Positions 15,435 through 24,986 of a stretch of DNA of 32,000 nucleotides are shown here, piece after piece. Source of the DNA: Pyrodictium abyssi (GTDB lineage Archaea > Thermoproteota > Thermoprotei_A > Sulfolobales > Pyrodictiaceae); assembly GCF_036323395.1 (NCBI RefSeq), contig NZ_AP028907.1, positions 2,192,220 through 2,224,219 of the forward strand, written 5' to 3'. Numbering within the stretch: the stretch's first letter is position 1; every line of letters starts with the position of its first letter. A program made the position numbers and the translations under genes. The notes below the pieces were generated by a model, which worked only from the letters and a program-made list of their open reading frames with translations, had not been told where the DNA came from and ran no database searches.

Positions 15435-16993
15435 GGCTCCTAGGCGGCCTAGGCCGCGCACTGGAGGCGGCAGCGTGGCTCGTAGCGCTGCTCTACGCGC
15501 TCCCCCTCGCCCTCTCCCTGGCTCTTTTCTGGCCCCCCGGCGGGGCCCCGCCCTTCAGCCTCCCACGGGTCCTAGCCTGGACGGCCGGCCAGGCAGCCGC
15601 GAGCGCGGCCATCGCCGTGGCCCTGGGCTGGCCCCTGGGCGTGCTCGCCGGGTTCTACAGGCTCCCCACAGCCCGCGCCGCCGTGGCGGCGAGCCTAGCG
15701 CCCTTCATGTCCCCGGTAGCCGCCGTGGCCGTGGGGCTCCGCGCGGTCTACGGCGAGGGGGGCGTGCTCTCCGAGGCCCTGCCGGGGCTCCGCGTGCTCG
15801 CCGAGGGCTGGACAGGGGTGCTGGCGCTGCACAGCTACTTCAACATAGGCCTGGCGGCGGCGATGACCGCCGCGGCCGCCGGCTCTACCGAGGCGAGCGT
15901 GGTCGAGCACGCAAGGCTCCTAGGGCTGCGGGGGCCCCGTCTATGGCTCCGGGTACTCCTGCCCCTCACCCGGCGCGCCGCGGTCTACGCCTGGGGCGTA
16001 GCCTTCCTCTACTCCTTCACGAGCGCCGCGCCGCTCCTCGTCAAGGGCGCCGCCTACCGCTACTACACGCTCGAGGCCTGGCTCTACACCCTGTACCGCG
16101 GGTTCCCGGGGCTCGTCGGGCTCGTCCCCCTGCTGGCCCTCGCCGAGCTGGCCCTGGCCGCGCTGGCGGCGTGGCTGCTGCTACGGGTCTCCCGTGGCCT
16201 CGTCTCGTCGCCGCTAGCCGCCCGGGGCGAGGCGGCGCTAGAGCTGCGCGGCGCCCGGAGACTCCTAGCCCTCGCCTATGTAGCTGTGCTGCTGGGCTAC
16301 CTCTACGCGCCCATCGCGGGCCTAGCGCTCCAGGCGCTGGACGCGGACCCCGGGAGGCTCCTAGCCTACGCGGAGAGGGGCCCCGGGCTCGCCGGAGCCG
16401 TGGCTAACAGCCTCCTCTACGCAGCCGCCTCCACAGCGCTAGCCCTAGCCCTAGGGCTCACAGCCGCCGAGGGAGGCCTAGCCGTGGCCACGCTCTCGCT
16501 CATCGCCGTAGCTCCAGTAGCCTACGGCGTCGCCGCCAGCCTCGCCTACTACCGGCCCCTAGCAGGCCTCCTCGGCGGCGTCGCCGCCTCCAGGCTACTC
16601 ATACTCCTAGCCCATACAGCCGCCGGGCTTCCCCTAGCCAGCCGGGTCATGGCCGAGGCTTGGGCCCGGCTCCAGCGCGAGGTCGGCGACACCATGCTCC
16701 TCCTCGGGCTCCGCGGAGCCCGGCTCCTCCGCCACCTATTAGCGGCGACCGCGCCCCACACGGTCCTCGCCGCCGGGCTAGCCACGGCAGCAAGCCTAGG
16801 AGAATTCGGCGCAAGCATAGTCGTCTCGATCCCCGACACCTGGAGCCTAACAGTCCTAGTCTACAACATGCTCGGCAGCGGCCGCCTCTTCCACGAAGCC
16901 TGCCTAGCAGCCCTCATCCTAGAAGCAATGAGCCTAGCAGCCATAGGCCTAGCCGCAACAACTGCCAAACACCTAACAAAAACCAGAACATAG
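15398..16993 (+). CDS. ABC transporter permease (ThiP/FbpB-like, fused two-permease type)
   Basis: About 530 aa, many TM segments, two BPD-type EAA-like loops (EHARLLGLRGPRLWLRVLLPLTR; GDTMLLLGLRGARLLRHLLAATAPH); overlaps the binding-protein gene. Confidence 0.8.
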   Translation: MAPRLARRHDRLRLLGGLGRALEAAAWLVALLYALPLALSLALFWPPGGAPPFSLPRVLAWTAGQAAASAAIAVALGWPLGVLAGFYRLPTARAAVAASLAPFMSPVAAVAVGLRAVYGEGGVLSEALPGLRVLAEGWTGVLALHSYFNIGLAAAMTAAAAGSTEASVVEHARLLGLRGPRLWLRVLLPLTRRAAVYAWGVAFLYSFTSAAPLLVKGAAYRYYTLEAWLYTLYRGFPGLVGLVPLLALAELALAALAAWLLLRVSRGLVSSPLAARGEAALELRGARRLLALAYVAVLLGYLYAPIAGLALQALDADPGRLLAYAERGPGLAGAVANSLLYAAASTALALALGLTAAEGGLAVATLSLIAVAPVAYGVAASLAYYRPLAGLLGGVAASRLLILLAHTAAGLPLASRVMAEAWARLQREVGDTMLLLGLRGARLLRHLLAATAPHTVLAAGLATAASLGEFGASIVVSIPDTWSLTVLVYNMLGSGRLFHEACLAALILEAMSLAAIGLAATTAKHLTKTRT

Positions 16994-17012
16994 CCATGAT
17001 AGGGCGTTGACT

Positions 17013-17056
17013 CTTCGGAGCCGGAGGTCCCCCGGGTTTAAATCCCGGCGGGCCCG
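17013..17056 (+). other. Degenerate 3' half of tRNA-Arg(TCG); probable integration-site (att) relic
   Basis: cttcgga (anticodon loop TCG) gccgg aggtccc ccggg-tttaaat-cccgg cgggccc g. There is no matching 5' half upstream, plus extra C residues and an altered T-loop. Confidence 0.6.
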
Positions 17057-17189
17057 TTACACCTCACAGCTTAAGGTACGCCGGGTGCTGATGGCCTGCA
17101 TCGTCTAGAAGGCCCTCGTATCCCGGCCTCGCTGGCACGTAGCTCGCAGAAACGGCTCTGACCTAACCTACTCTGGCTCGACCAGGGCT

Positions 17190-17566
17190 TCCTCTCCAGG
17201 AGCTTCTACAGCACAAGCCTTACTCATAGACTAGAGTAGAGGAGGCTGGAGAGTAACACCGTTAGCAAGAATCGCTGTGAGAGCCTCAACCATGGCTAGC
17301 CCTAAGCAGCCCGCTAGGCTTCCCTTCCAGGCCCAAGGTACACCGCGTCCACGCTGAGGAACTCCCCGAGGAACCCGCCTAGGCCCTCTGCAAGACCATC
17401 AACAAACCTCTTTCACGGTACTAGCGTGCCCGGCGATCCAGGGACTGTTGGAGTAGCACCGGAGCGCCGGTTGCCGTTCATCATGGATGACGGCTAAGCC
17501 TCGCTTGCCGCCCTCTCCCTCAAACAGTACTAGGTTCAACCCCTCTAGGTTTAGTAGCGTCTGCAT
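17190..17566 (-). pseudogene. Decayed coding sequence, unknown family
   Basis: Minus-strand segments in shifting frames: MQTLLNLEGLNLVLFEGEGGKRGLAVIHDERQPALRCYSNSPWIAGHASTVK / RFVDGLAEGLGGFLGEFLSVDAVYLGPGREA / AGCLGLAMVEALTAILANGVTLQPPLL. Confidence 0.4.
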
Positions 17567-18602
17567 AGCCGCACACCCTTAACCACCGCTCTCCTCCTTA
17601 CCCTGCTCTGGAGTTCTTGCCTGCTCCCGGTATTTCAGTGAGCCTATGCAACTGCTCATCGTTTAGCCTCACGTAGCCTCTCTGCTCATGTTGATGCCAG
17701 GGTTGATACTGGGATGCTGCTGTGGCTATAGCCTGGTTGGAGGAGCGTGACCGCTGGAGGCTATTAGGCTCCGTATCCCGGTGGACGCTGTTAGGGAGTT
17801 GTTCGGCTATAGGGGGGTTAGCTTGTCTAGGAGTATTGACGGGTGCTGGACAAGTATTCAGAGAAAGTAACTAAGACCTAAAATATTTAGGATAAAGCTC
17901 TTTTAATGGTACTTGGCGTGAGGTCAGCCTTACATGCCTCATTCACGAGGTTGACAACAATTAGATAGTCGCATGCTAGTGATCAGAACGCTAACCTAAG
18001 CACCAAACACTAACGGCAACAACGAAGATAGAGGTCCATACAGTAACAGTTACCGGGACACCCGCATCAACCCATACAGTGCCGAGAAACACCTACAACT
18101 ACGAAATTCTAGAGTACTTCCCTATCGATGAAGGACGCTACGCTCTATACATGTTCGTGGACACCATGAATAACATGAGTGCCACCTACCAAATAACTAT
18201 ACAACAACGAGCCTACACCAGGGCAGGCCTAATCTTCCTGATGACTCTCGCTAAGATAAACGGGTCAGGAAGACCGCTGAACTCAGCATTGTACGGGAGA
18301 CTCAACTCGCCTTGAAGCACTAAGACACCATGTACACCGACTACACCTAGTGTTCTTAGGCCTGTTATCCAGCTAGAGTCCTTGAAGGTCTAGCAAGTAC
18401 GTAGTTGGCAGCCAACCCTATGGAGTCCTCAAGGCATCCTTGTTCGAAGCTGTAGCTGAGTAGGATATCGACGCGAGGAGTTCTAGAACTCTAGGGTCTT
18501 TGGGATTAGGCAAAGCACAACATACTGCCCCTCCCCCTTTAAGCTCTGCGGTAGGCTATTAGCCTGGAGAGCTACCTAAAGCAGTCTTGGAGGCGCTCTG
18601 TT

Positions 18603-18911
18603 TTGTGCTTCTGGACTCCAGAGATAACAGTTGTGAAAAGGGATGGTAGTAAGGAGCCCTTCATGTACGAGAAGGTCGTCGTGTCCTGTCTAAAAGCTGG
18701 CGCGACGCTGGATGCTGCCCGGAGAATCGCTACAAAGGTGCTTGCTAGGCTTATCTCTGAGAACCGGAAGGAGGTTACTGCAAAGGAACTCACCCGCTGG
18801 ATACTAGAGCTGCTTCGCGAGGAGAATGAGGAGTGGTACCGTAACTGGATAGTCTTCGACAGAGCTGTCAAGAGGAGGAGGACCGAGGAGGAGCTAAAGT
18901 CTCCCCAGTAG
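18603..18911 (+). CDS. Stand-alone ATP-cone domain protein
   Basis: ITVVKRDGSKEPFMYEKVVVSCLKAGATLDAARRIATKVLARL...TAKELTRWILELLREENEEWYRNWIVFDRAVKR is a typical ATP-cone; no NrdR zinc ribbon or reductase domain. Confidence 0.75.
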   Translation: MCFWTPEITVVKRDGSKEPFMYEKVVVSCLKAGATLDAARRIATKVLARLISENRKEVTAKELTRWILELLREENEEWYRNWIVFDRAVKRRRTEEELKSPQ

Positions 18912-19152
18912 AGCCCATGTTTTTACTCTCCTCCCTCAACAATATCCGTAGGCAATCGATTATAGCCTCCCTGGACAAGGGCATGCCTATCCTAGACCCC
19001 CAACGGCCCTGAGGTATGAATGCTCTTACCGGAGCTTCATCGCAACGGATATCCATGGAGGAGAGTTGCTCCTCGACAACATAGCATAGGGTCCGCCTTT
19101 TGGCTACTAGCTCTAGGCCAGCATTAGCATCTGTTCGTCTTCACCCATTCAA

Positions 19153-19989
19153 TTATATTAACCATGTCGTAGATCTTTTCTCGCAGTATTCTACTAGCAG
19201 GTCGAAGAGTCGCTTGTACCGCTCGGCTTCTCGCTGGAAGTAGAGGACGTTTTCCAGCCTGGCATTGGCCCTGTCTACGAGCCCTATTATCTTTGAGAGA
19301 TAGCCGTCTGGAGCCGAGACGTCTATCACTAGTTCCTCGATATCATGCTCTAGTTCTACGCTGTTTAGCCTTATAAGCCCGTGTAGCAGCTCGTGGATGG
19401 CTAGGTCAAGTACGTGGCTCTCCCCATGGAGATCGTTGACGTAGACTGCGGTGACGGGGTTCTCATCGTCGAAGTAGAGCATAGTCCCGAAGGACATGCC
19501 GGGCATGGGGTTGAAGCCGTAGACTACGTAGAGCTTCGTAAAGAACCGTTTAAACCCAAATACCTTCTCTATATAGCTGATTATCTTGTCTTTCTTTCTC
19601 CGGTATAGATTGCTAACTCTTTCGCCTATATCAGCAAAGATTGCCCTAACTTCGCCCCATCTATGTATGCTGATGGCCTTTAACTCGTTTAGGATAATGT
19701 CGACTTCTCTGTCGGAGGTTGATGCTATTCCCGCCAGCTCTGTGAACAGCTTGTTCCACAAGTTGCTTCTCTCGATACAGTATGATACGTGGAGTAGCGG
19801 CCCAAACAGCTGGCGTAGAGAACATGGGGTATCGACCGGACGGGCGAATATGGGATGTGAATCAAATCGTAAATAGAGGCGGCCAGGTACGCCTCCTTGC
19901 TGACGACGGGTATGAGCTCCATATTCCTGGTTCCTCTCTACTACACGCTGCCTCCGGCAACGTCCTTTGTTCTTATAAAATGCTTTCAC
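19153..19989 (-). CDS. Putative zinc-metallopeptidase-like protein
   Basis: VLDLAIHELLHGLIRLNSVELEHDIEELVIDV contains HExxH plus a downstream Glu; N-terminal part of the ORF is probably over-extended. Confidence 0.5.
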   Translation of the reverse strand: MKAFYKNKGRCRRQRVVERNQEYGAHTRRQQGGVPGRLYLRFDSHPIFARPVDTPCSLRQLFGPLLHVSYCIERSNLWNKLFTELAGIASTSDREVDIILNELKAISIHRWGEVRAIFADIGERVSNLYRRKKDKIISYIEKVFGFKRFFTKLYVVYGFNPMPGMSFGTMLYFDDENPVTAVYVNDLHGESHVLDLAIHELLHGLIRLNSVELEHDIEELVIDVSAPDGYLSKIIGLVDRANARLENVLYFQREAERYKRLFDLLVEYCEKRSTTWLI

Positions 19990-20090
19990 AGCGTACTAGT
20001 ACCCCACCATGCGGTAGTGTAGTGCTAGGAAGCGTGCGGCGCCAGAGCCCCGGAGCTGGTTGCTGTGAATTGTGCTCGTTGGGGCTGGCT

Positions 20091-20538
20091 TTACGGGATT
20101 GTTCTTAGCCAGGGTATTCTCTTGAAGTCCTCGTCGAAGGTGAGGATAGCGTCTATGCCGTAGTGCCTGCATGTTGATGCTATTACTGCGTCGCTTGGTG
20201 TCAGTTTGTAGTTCTCCATAATCTCTAGTAGTTGTCTGGGCTCGGCGTAGTCCTGTAGTATGGTTATCCCTAGCTGCTCTATGACATCTATTAGTGTCCA
20301 TAACTTATCCATTGCAAAGTCTAGCCCGTGTACTGTAATGTGCCTCTTTACCCTGTCTAGCCTCCTTAGTCCTAGACGCTCGAGTGCTAGCCTCCTTATG
20401 GATACATAACATTACCTCGTCGATAACACGGATGGAGGTTGCTAGGTCTCTGTGCTGCGTGAGGAGTTGCGCAGCTTTATCGGAGTACTCGCTTTCAAAG
20501 ATATAGTAGACCAGCACATTCGAGTCAACAAACTTCAA
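20091..20538 (-). pseudogene. VapC PIN toxin split by one frameshift
   Basis: MKFVDSNVLVYYIFESEYSDKAAQLLTQHRDLATSIRVIDEVM continues in another frame as YVSIRRLALERLGLRRLDRVKRHITVHGLDFAMDKLWTLIDV...LTPSDAVIASTCRHYGIDAILTFDEDFKRIP. Lesion near 20405-20412. Confidence 0.8.
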
Positions 20539-20559
20539 ACCAAGCCACCGCCCCTGCTA

Positions 20560-20775
20560 CTAGAAGCTCTCAAGCTCCGCCTCAAGGAGCAGCTCGTCGA
20601 GCTCCTTCTTCGAAGCCCTGCCCATGAATCCCTTGTATCTCTCGACTATCCTTCTTCTTTCCTCGTCTGTAAGTATAATGGCTATTAGTATCTCTTCCCC
20701 TTCCTGTAGCTGTAGGGGCTCTAGTGGCTTAAGTACGCCCCCCTCATAGCGGGCACGTATAGTTTTCAGAGCCAT
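20560..20775 (-). CDS. AF2212/DUF104-family antitoxin
   Basis: KTIRARYEGGVLKPLEPLQLQEGEEILIAI; upstream of the broken vapC. Confidence 0.8.
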   Translation of the reverse strand: MALKTIRARYEGGVLKPLEPLQLQEGEEILIAIILTDEERRRIVERYKGFMGRASKKELDELLLEAELESF

Positions 20776-21071
20776 GCGGGGTCCCTAAAGTAGTGTACTT
20801 ACTGAAGTCCTTTTAGCTCTTTAGCTCTTCTATAGACGAGCCAGGCTACCCGGAGCACATGGGGGAAGCCTTATGATAGGCTTCTACTTTACGGCTCCGC
20901 GGGCGTTCTTTAAGACTGCGAGCTAGGGTGTCATGTTCAAGGCTTCTATGCACGATACCACACGGCCATCTAATGGTGCATTAATGCTAGGCTTAACGTG
21001 TCTTGGCTTGCCGGGTGTAGTGGTATAAGTGGGGTTTAGCGTGTCTCTATTGGCTAGTGGGATGGACGAGT

Positions 21072-21560
21072 TTGAGTACTGCTGTGAGTATTCCTAGGAG
21101 GCTCTACGAGGAGGCGAAGAAGCAGAGCATAGACGTGGAGTCTCGGATTGTTGAGTTCCTGGCTAGGGGCTGAAGCCTAATCCTAGGGGTGAGGCTGGTC
21201 TGCACCTCGAGCTTGTGGAGATGTATCTCCGGGAAGCACCTCGCTCTTCGAGAAGAGCTACTGTGCAGGCTAGCAAGAAGCTCTACAAGGTTACTGAGTG
21301 AGGAGGTAATCAGGGCTATGGCGGAGGCCCTGGGACTCCGGGGGTCGGAGAGGCCAGGAGAAGGAACGAGTGGACTCTAAGACTGCTAGACTCCGCCGCT
21401 AGCACGCTCTCAGAAAGGATAGACAGGAGGATATACGACGGGGATCACGCCTACTTCCTACATGTGGAGGGTCTCCATGGAGCACGCCCGGGCGTAGAGC
21501 AGGTGAAGATGCGGGCAAATTACGTGGAAGAGTTCCCTGGAGATAGCCAGGAGAGTAGTA
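21072..21560 (+). pseudogene. PaREP1-family pseudogene
   Basis: STAVSIPRRLYEEAKKQSIDVESRIVEFLARG / EAGLHLELVEMYLREA...VQASKKLYKVTE / EEVIRAMAEALGL / EWTLRLLDSAASTLSERIDRRIYDGDHAYFLHVEGLHGARPGVEQVKMRANYVEEF, spread over several frames. Confidence 0.65.
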
Positions 21561-21602
21561 TCCGGGAGAAGCTAGCCCCCGCAGGCTACGCCTACACACC
21601 CT

Positions 21603-22588
21603 TTGCTCCAAAAGGAGGGCGCCCAGCACCATGCCTTCGGGGCCTGCCTGTTGGCTGTGGAAGTGGTGGATACGCTGCCTTCCCTCCTCAGCGCCTGCAG
21701 GGCCGGGGCGTGCGGTGCTCGTAGGCTGCTGGAGGGCTATGTGGAGCCTAATAGAGGGGTTCTCGCCGGCTACATCGACGAGCACCTGGACGGCTCGGCG
21801 GAGAGGCTAGCGGAGAGGGTCCGGGGTGCGCTGTCCTGGTTCCCTGGTCTCCTAGCCCGTATAGCCGGGGGCGTGGCTCCGAGGATCGATGCGAGCGTGA
21901 TAGCATCGAGGGTAGAGGAGGGTGTTTCTGCGCTTTCCCAGCTGCTCGGCGTAGACCCGGGCGGCGTGAGGCTGGTCTTTATGGTGACTGGGTTTGACTC
22001 CGCGCTCTCGGCCTACGGTGGGACGATATACGTGGGCCTAGAGTGGTTCGTTGAGCCCAGCGCGCTGGGTCTACGGGAGGATGATCCGCCTACCCCTGTG
22101 CTCTCCCGGCTGTCCCGCGACCCCACCGGCTTCATAGTGTCTAACGCGGTCCATGAGCTGGTCCACATCCTTACCCCGAGGGTCGCCGGGGATCCGCTTC
22201 TTGCGAGGCTCCTCGAGGAGGGCCGGGCCGTCAACATAGCGTGGCTGCTGACCGGGGCCTCGAAGGAAGCCGTGCCCCCTGGTGTACCACGGGCTCAGCG
22301 ACTACGCCAAGTGCCTCACAAAAGATGCTCCATGCTCTGCACCGGCACGTAAGGGGGGCGATCTGAGGATACCGGGAGCGTGCTCTTCACGATACACGAA
22401 AGGGCCGGGTCTGCGGGCTAAGGCTCTCCGGCTACTACATGGGCCTCTACCTCGCCCAGCTGCTCCACGACTACTACAACGGCGGCCTAGCCCGGCTCGC
22501 CAAGCTAGACAACACAGCTGATCTAGAAGCACTACTCGTCAACGCATTCCCCGGAGGCGGCCAAGGCCACAGACATGCACATGAGTAG
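21603..22588 (+). pseudogene. Putative metallopeptidase-like gene disrupted by frameshifts
   Basis: NAVHELVHILTPRVAGDPLLARLLEEGRAVNIAWLLTGASKEAVP, then a frame switch to VYHGLSDYAKCLTKDAPCS, then SGYYMGLYLAQLLHDYYNGGLARLAKLDN. The first switch coincides with a CCCCC run. Confidence 0.55.
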
Positions 22589-22708
22589 CATATAGTATGG
22601 GAACCATTATATAGCTGTGGGCTAGGTGTACCAGGAGCTGGTGATCTCCCCTGCCGGAGCATGCTAGGAGACTATACCTAGTACACGGGAGATGCTGTAG
22701 AGCCCGGT

Positions 22709-23674
22709 ATGCTTGAGCCGTGCAGTTTCCCCGACGAAGGCGTGCTTCAGCGTTTCCTCGCAGCTAATCCTGATGTCCTCGGAGACGTCCTCGGTCTCCG
22801 CCTCGATGTTTGTGCCGCCGAGGTCTCTCTCCATGGAGGGTTGAGTGCTGACCTTGTATTCTTAGCGCGTGGTGACAGACCGGCCGTGATTGTTGTGGAA
22901 ACGAAGCGTGCTGACGCTACCCGTCTGCGCCGCGAGGCTCTGGCTCAGCTCCTAGAGTAGATGGCTCAGATCGCAGAGGATCCTGATGGGCCGGCTATGG
23001 CATGTCTTGGTAGGAATGCCGCCGAGCAGATAGTGGAGGAAGCCCAGAAAGCAGCGGAAGATGGCCGGATCCACGGCGTCATTGTGGCGGAGAAGATGAC
23101 AGACTACCTAAAGAACGCGCTAGCATATCTTAACGCTAGGCTTCAGGGTACTATGCTCTGGGGCGTAGAGGCTAGGCCTTATTGCAGCCGTGGAGGCGGG
23201 GAGCCGGTCCTAACTGAGCTAGAGGCTATGGTATCTCCTGCTGATAAGAAGGACGGCACGTTGAAGGCAGTGAGGAGGAAATGGAGCTATTCTGAGCTGC
23301 GCGAGGTATACGGGAGCATAGAGGACACAGCGCTGCGTGAGAGGCTCCTGGATCTCCTTGAATGAGCTCAGGAGAAGGGCCTACTGGAAACGTACCCAGC
23401 CACAGCGCCAAGATTCCGTATAGGAGGAGTTGTCTCAGTTAACCCCGGAGGAACACTCTACGTGAGGTTCGGGAAGAGCGCCGAGAAGATCCTGGCCAAG
23501 CCTCTGAGACAGCGGCTACTTGAGGGCCTCAAAGAGCTGGGTCTACTGGACACTGACATCACGGACGCAGATAGTCAACGAGACGGGAAAGGCACAAAGA
23601 GCATAGCCGAGCTGAGCGACGAAGAATACGAGAGGCTAAAGGAGCTTCTCGAGGAAACACTGCGGCAAGCGTAA
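22709..23674 (+). pseudogene. PD-(D/E)XK-like nuclease-family gene with two in-frame stop codons
   Basis: One continuous frame across 22709..23674 (322 codons) with TAG at 22958-22960 and TGA at 23363-23365. Motif SADLVFLARGDRPAVIVVETKRAD resembles an NucS/RecB-type ExK core. Confidence 0.55.
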
Positions 23675-23684
23675 GCAAGAATCC

Positions 23685-23714
23685 GCAGGAGTCCTCTGAA
23701 TCCCGGCGGACCCG
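23685..23714 (+). other. Short tRNA 3'-end-like remnant (candidate second att relic)
   Basis: gcaggagtcctctgaatcccggcggacccg. The last 16 nt (aatcccggcggAcccg) match 17041-17056 (aatcccggcggGcccg) with one mismatch, same orientation. Confidence 0.45.
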
Positions 23715-24019
23715 CCAAGCAATGTCTTCTCCTATTACATCCTATTACGTTAGATTGTACGAGAGTAATAATGGTTAGCTGTTCTCTAGCCTAGAAATTC
23801 AGTTCTTACTACCTCTTCCTTCAACTTAGTGGCTTCATTATACGCTATTGATATCACTATGGTCTGATTAGCTTCTCCCTCACACCCGCTATGCCACATA
23901 TTAGCTTGAGAAACTACATTGATGAAACTAAGCCATACTACTAAGTATCGGGGCTATATTTCTCTCCAGGTAATGCTAATTAGCTACATTACATAATGTG
24001 CTTCTACATTGTGAGTCCT

Positions 24020-24459
24020 TTATGTTCCTTTCACTGTTTTTAGCCAGGGGACTCTTCCAAAGTCTTCATCAAAGGTTGCTATATTCTCTATACCGTAGGC
24101 TCTGCATGTAGCTGCTATCAAGGCATCATTTGGTAGTAATTTATACTTCGTCATATACTCTATCAAAGTATCGATACCTATGCTAGTCGGTAAATGCTCG
24201 AAACATGTGAATAAGGGGTACACATCATGCCATAGTAGCTCTTTAACCTCATCTGTGTATTTGACTTATGTATTTTCTGAGCCTATACCTAGAAACATTA
24301 AGAGCCAGCCTTAAGTACCCGTAAACAACCTCGCTAACCACAACATCATTTATGTATCCTTTCCACTCGCCACGCTCAACCGCATCTATGAGTTTCTTAG
24401 CTTCCACACTACCGGCAAGATACTTGAGAAAGACGTTAGAGTCAAAAGAACACCCTCAT
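24020..24459 (-). pseudogene. VapC PIN toxin with at least two frameshifts
   Basis: FDSNVFLKYLAGSVEAKKLIDAVERGEWKGYINDVVVSEVVYGYLRLALNVSRYRLRKYISQIH / TDEVKELLWHDVYPLFTCFEHL...LLPNDALIAATCRAYGIENIATFDEDFGRVPWLK; an extra T in the TTTT run explains the broken start region. Confidence 0.75.
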
Positions 24460-24673
24460 TCTCAATCTCCTCGATAACCTTGTCGATGTCCTCGGGCTTC
24501 AAGTCAGGTTTCCTGCGGAGAAGGACGCCAAATACGTGAGAGGGTGCTCTACGGATAATGATCTCGATTTCTTCTCCCTCCCTGAGGTCTAGTTTCTCGA
24601 GAGGCTTTAGCACCCCTTTCTCATACCTCGCACGGATAACTCTAGACAACCTAGTTCTCACCTGCTTTCGCAT
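24386..24673 (-). CDS. AF2212/DUF104-family antitoxin (C-terminus possibly extended by frame damage)
   Basis: SRVIRARYEKGVLKPLEKLDLREGEEIEIII. Confidence 0.75.
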   Translation of the reverse strand: MRKQVRTRLSRVIRARYEKGVLKPLEKLDLREGEEIEIIIRRAPSHVFGVLLRRKPDLKPEDIDKVIEEIENEGVLLTLTSFSSILPVVWKLRNS

Positions 24674-24986
24674 TTTTTACCTATATAACCGGCTAGCCTC
24701 TGTCTCACTTCAAGAAACTTCTCCAGGTTATCTCTCATAAAAGTTTGACAAAGGACAAGCCTACCCCCGAGGTGGCTAGTTCTCCTTCACGGGTTCAGAC
24801 CATCCTATATGGTGTGGCCATGTTTATTCCTTCTGCTTCATTCGGGTACTCCGGGGTTCTATGGACCCGGCAGGCCCGCCTGGTTCTCCTGATGAACTTG
24901 GGCTTCCTAGCGCTCATGTCTACGGCCTGAACTGTATGTAGTAATTATGTAGTACGTGTTAGACTCATACACCCTAGGTAGCCGTC

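Noticed and set aside
15475-16407. 310 aa plus-strand ORF within the ABC permease
   Set aside because: Out-of-frame shadow ORF, Arg/Pro/Gly-rich, fully covered by the well-supported permease.
17013-17056. Functional tRNA gene or split tRNA 3' half
   Set aside because: No pairing 5' anticodon stem or acceptor 5' strand, extra C residues in the variable region and a TTTAAAT T-loop. A relic is more likely, though a split-tRNA half cannot be fully excluded without the 5' partner.
18079-18315. 78 aa ORF (MPRNTYNYEILEYFPIDEGRY...) as a possible RelE/HigB-like toxin
   Set aside because: Sequence resemblance too weak; the frame is also open upstream (TKIEVHTVTVTGTPASTHTV), so it may be a fragment of a surface-type protein. 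No call made.
18868-19056. Minus-strand ORF 62 aa between ATP-cone and HExxH genes
   Set aside because: Short, overlaps the ATP-cone gene end, no motif.
22958-22960. Pyrrolysine (amber) recoding in the nuclease-like gene
   Set aside because: A second in-frame stop is TGA, the surrounding island is full of pseudogenes, and no pyl machinery is expected in this lineage.
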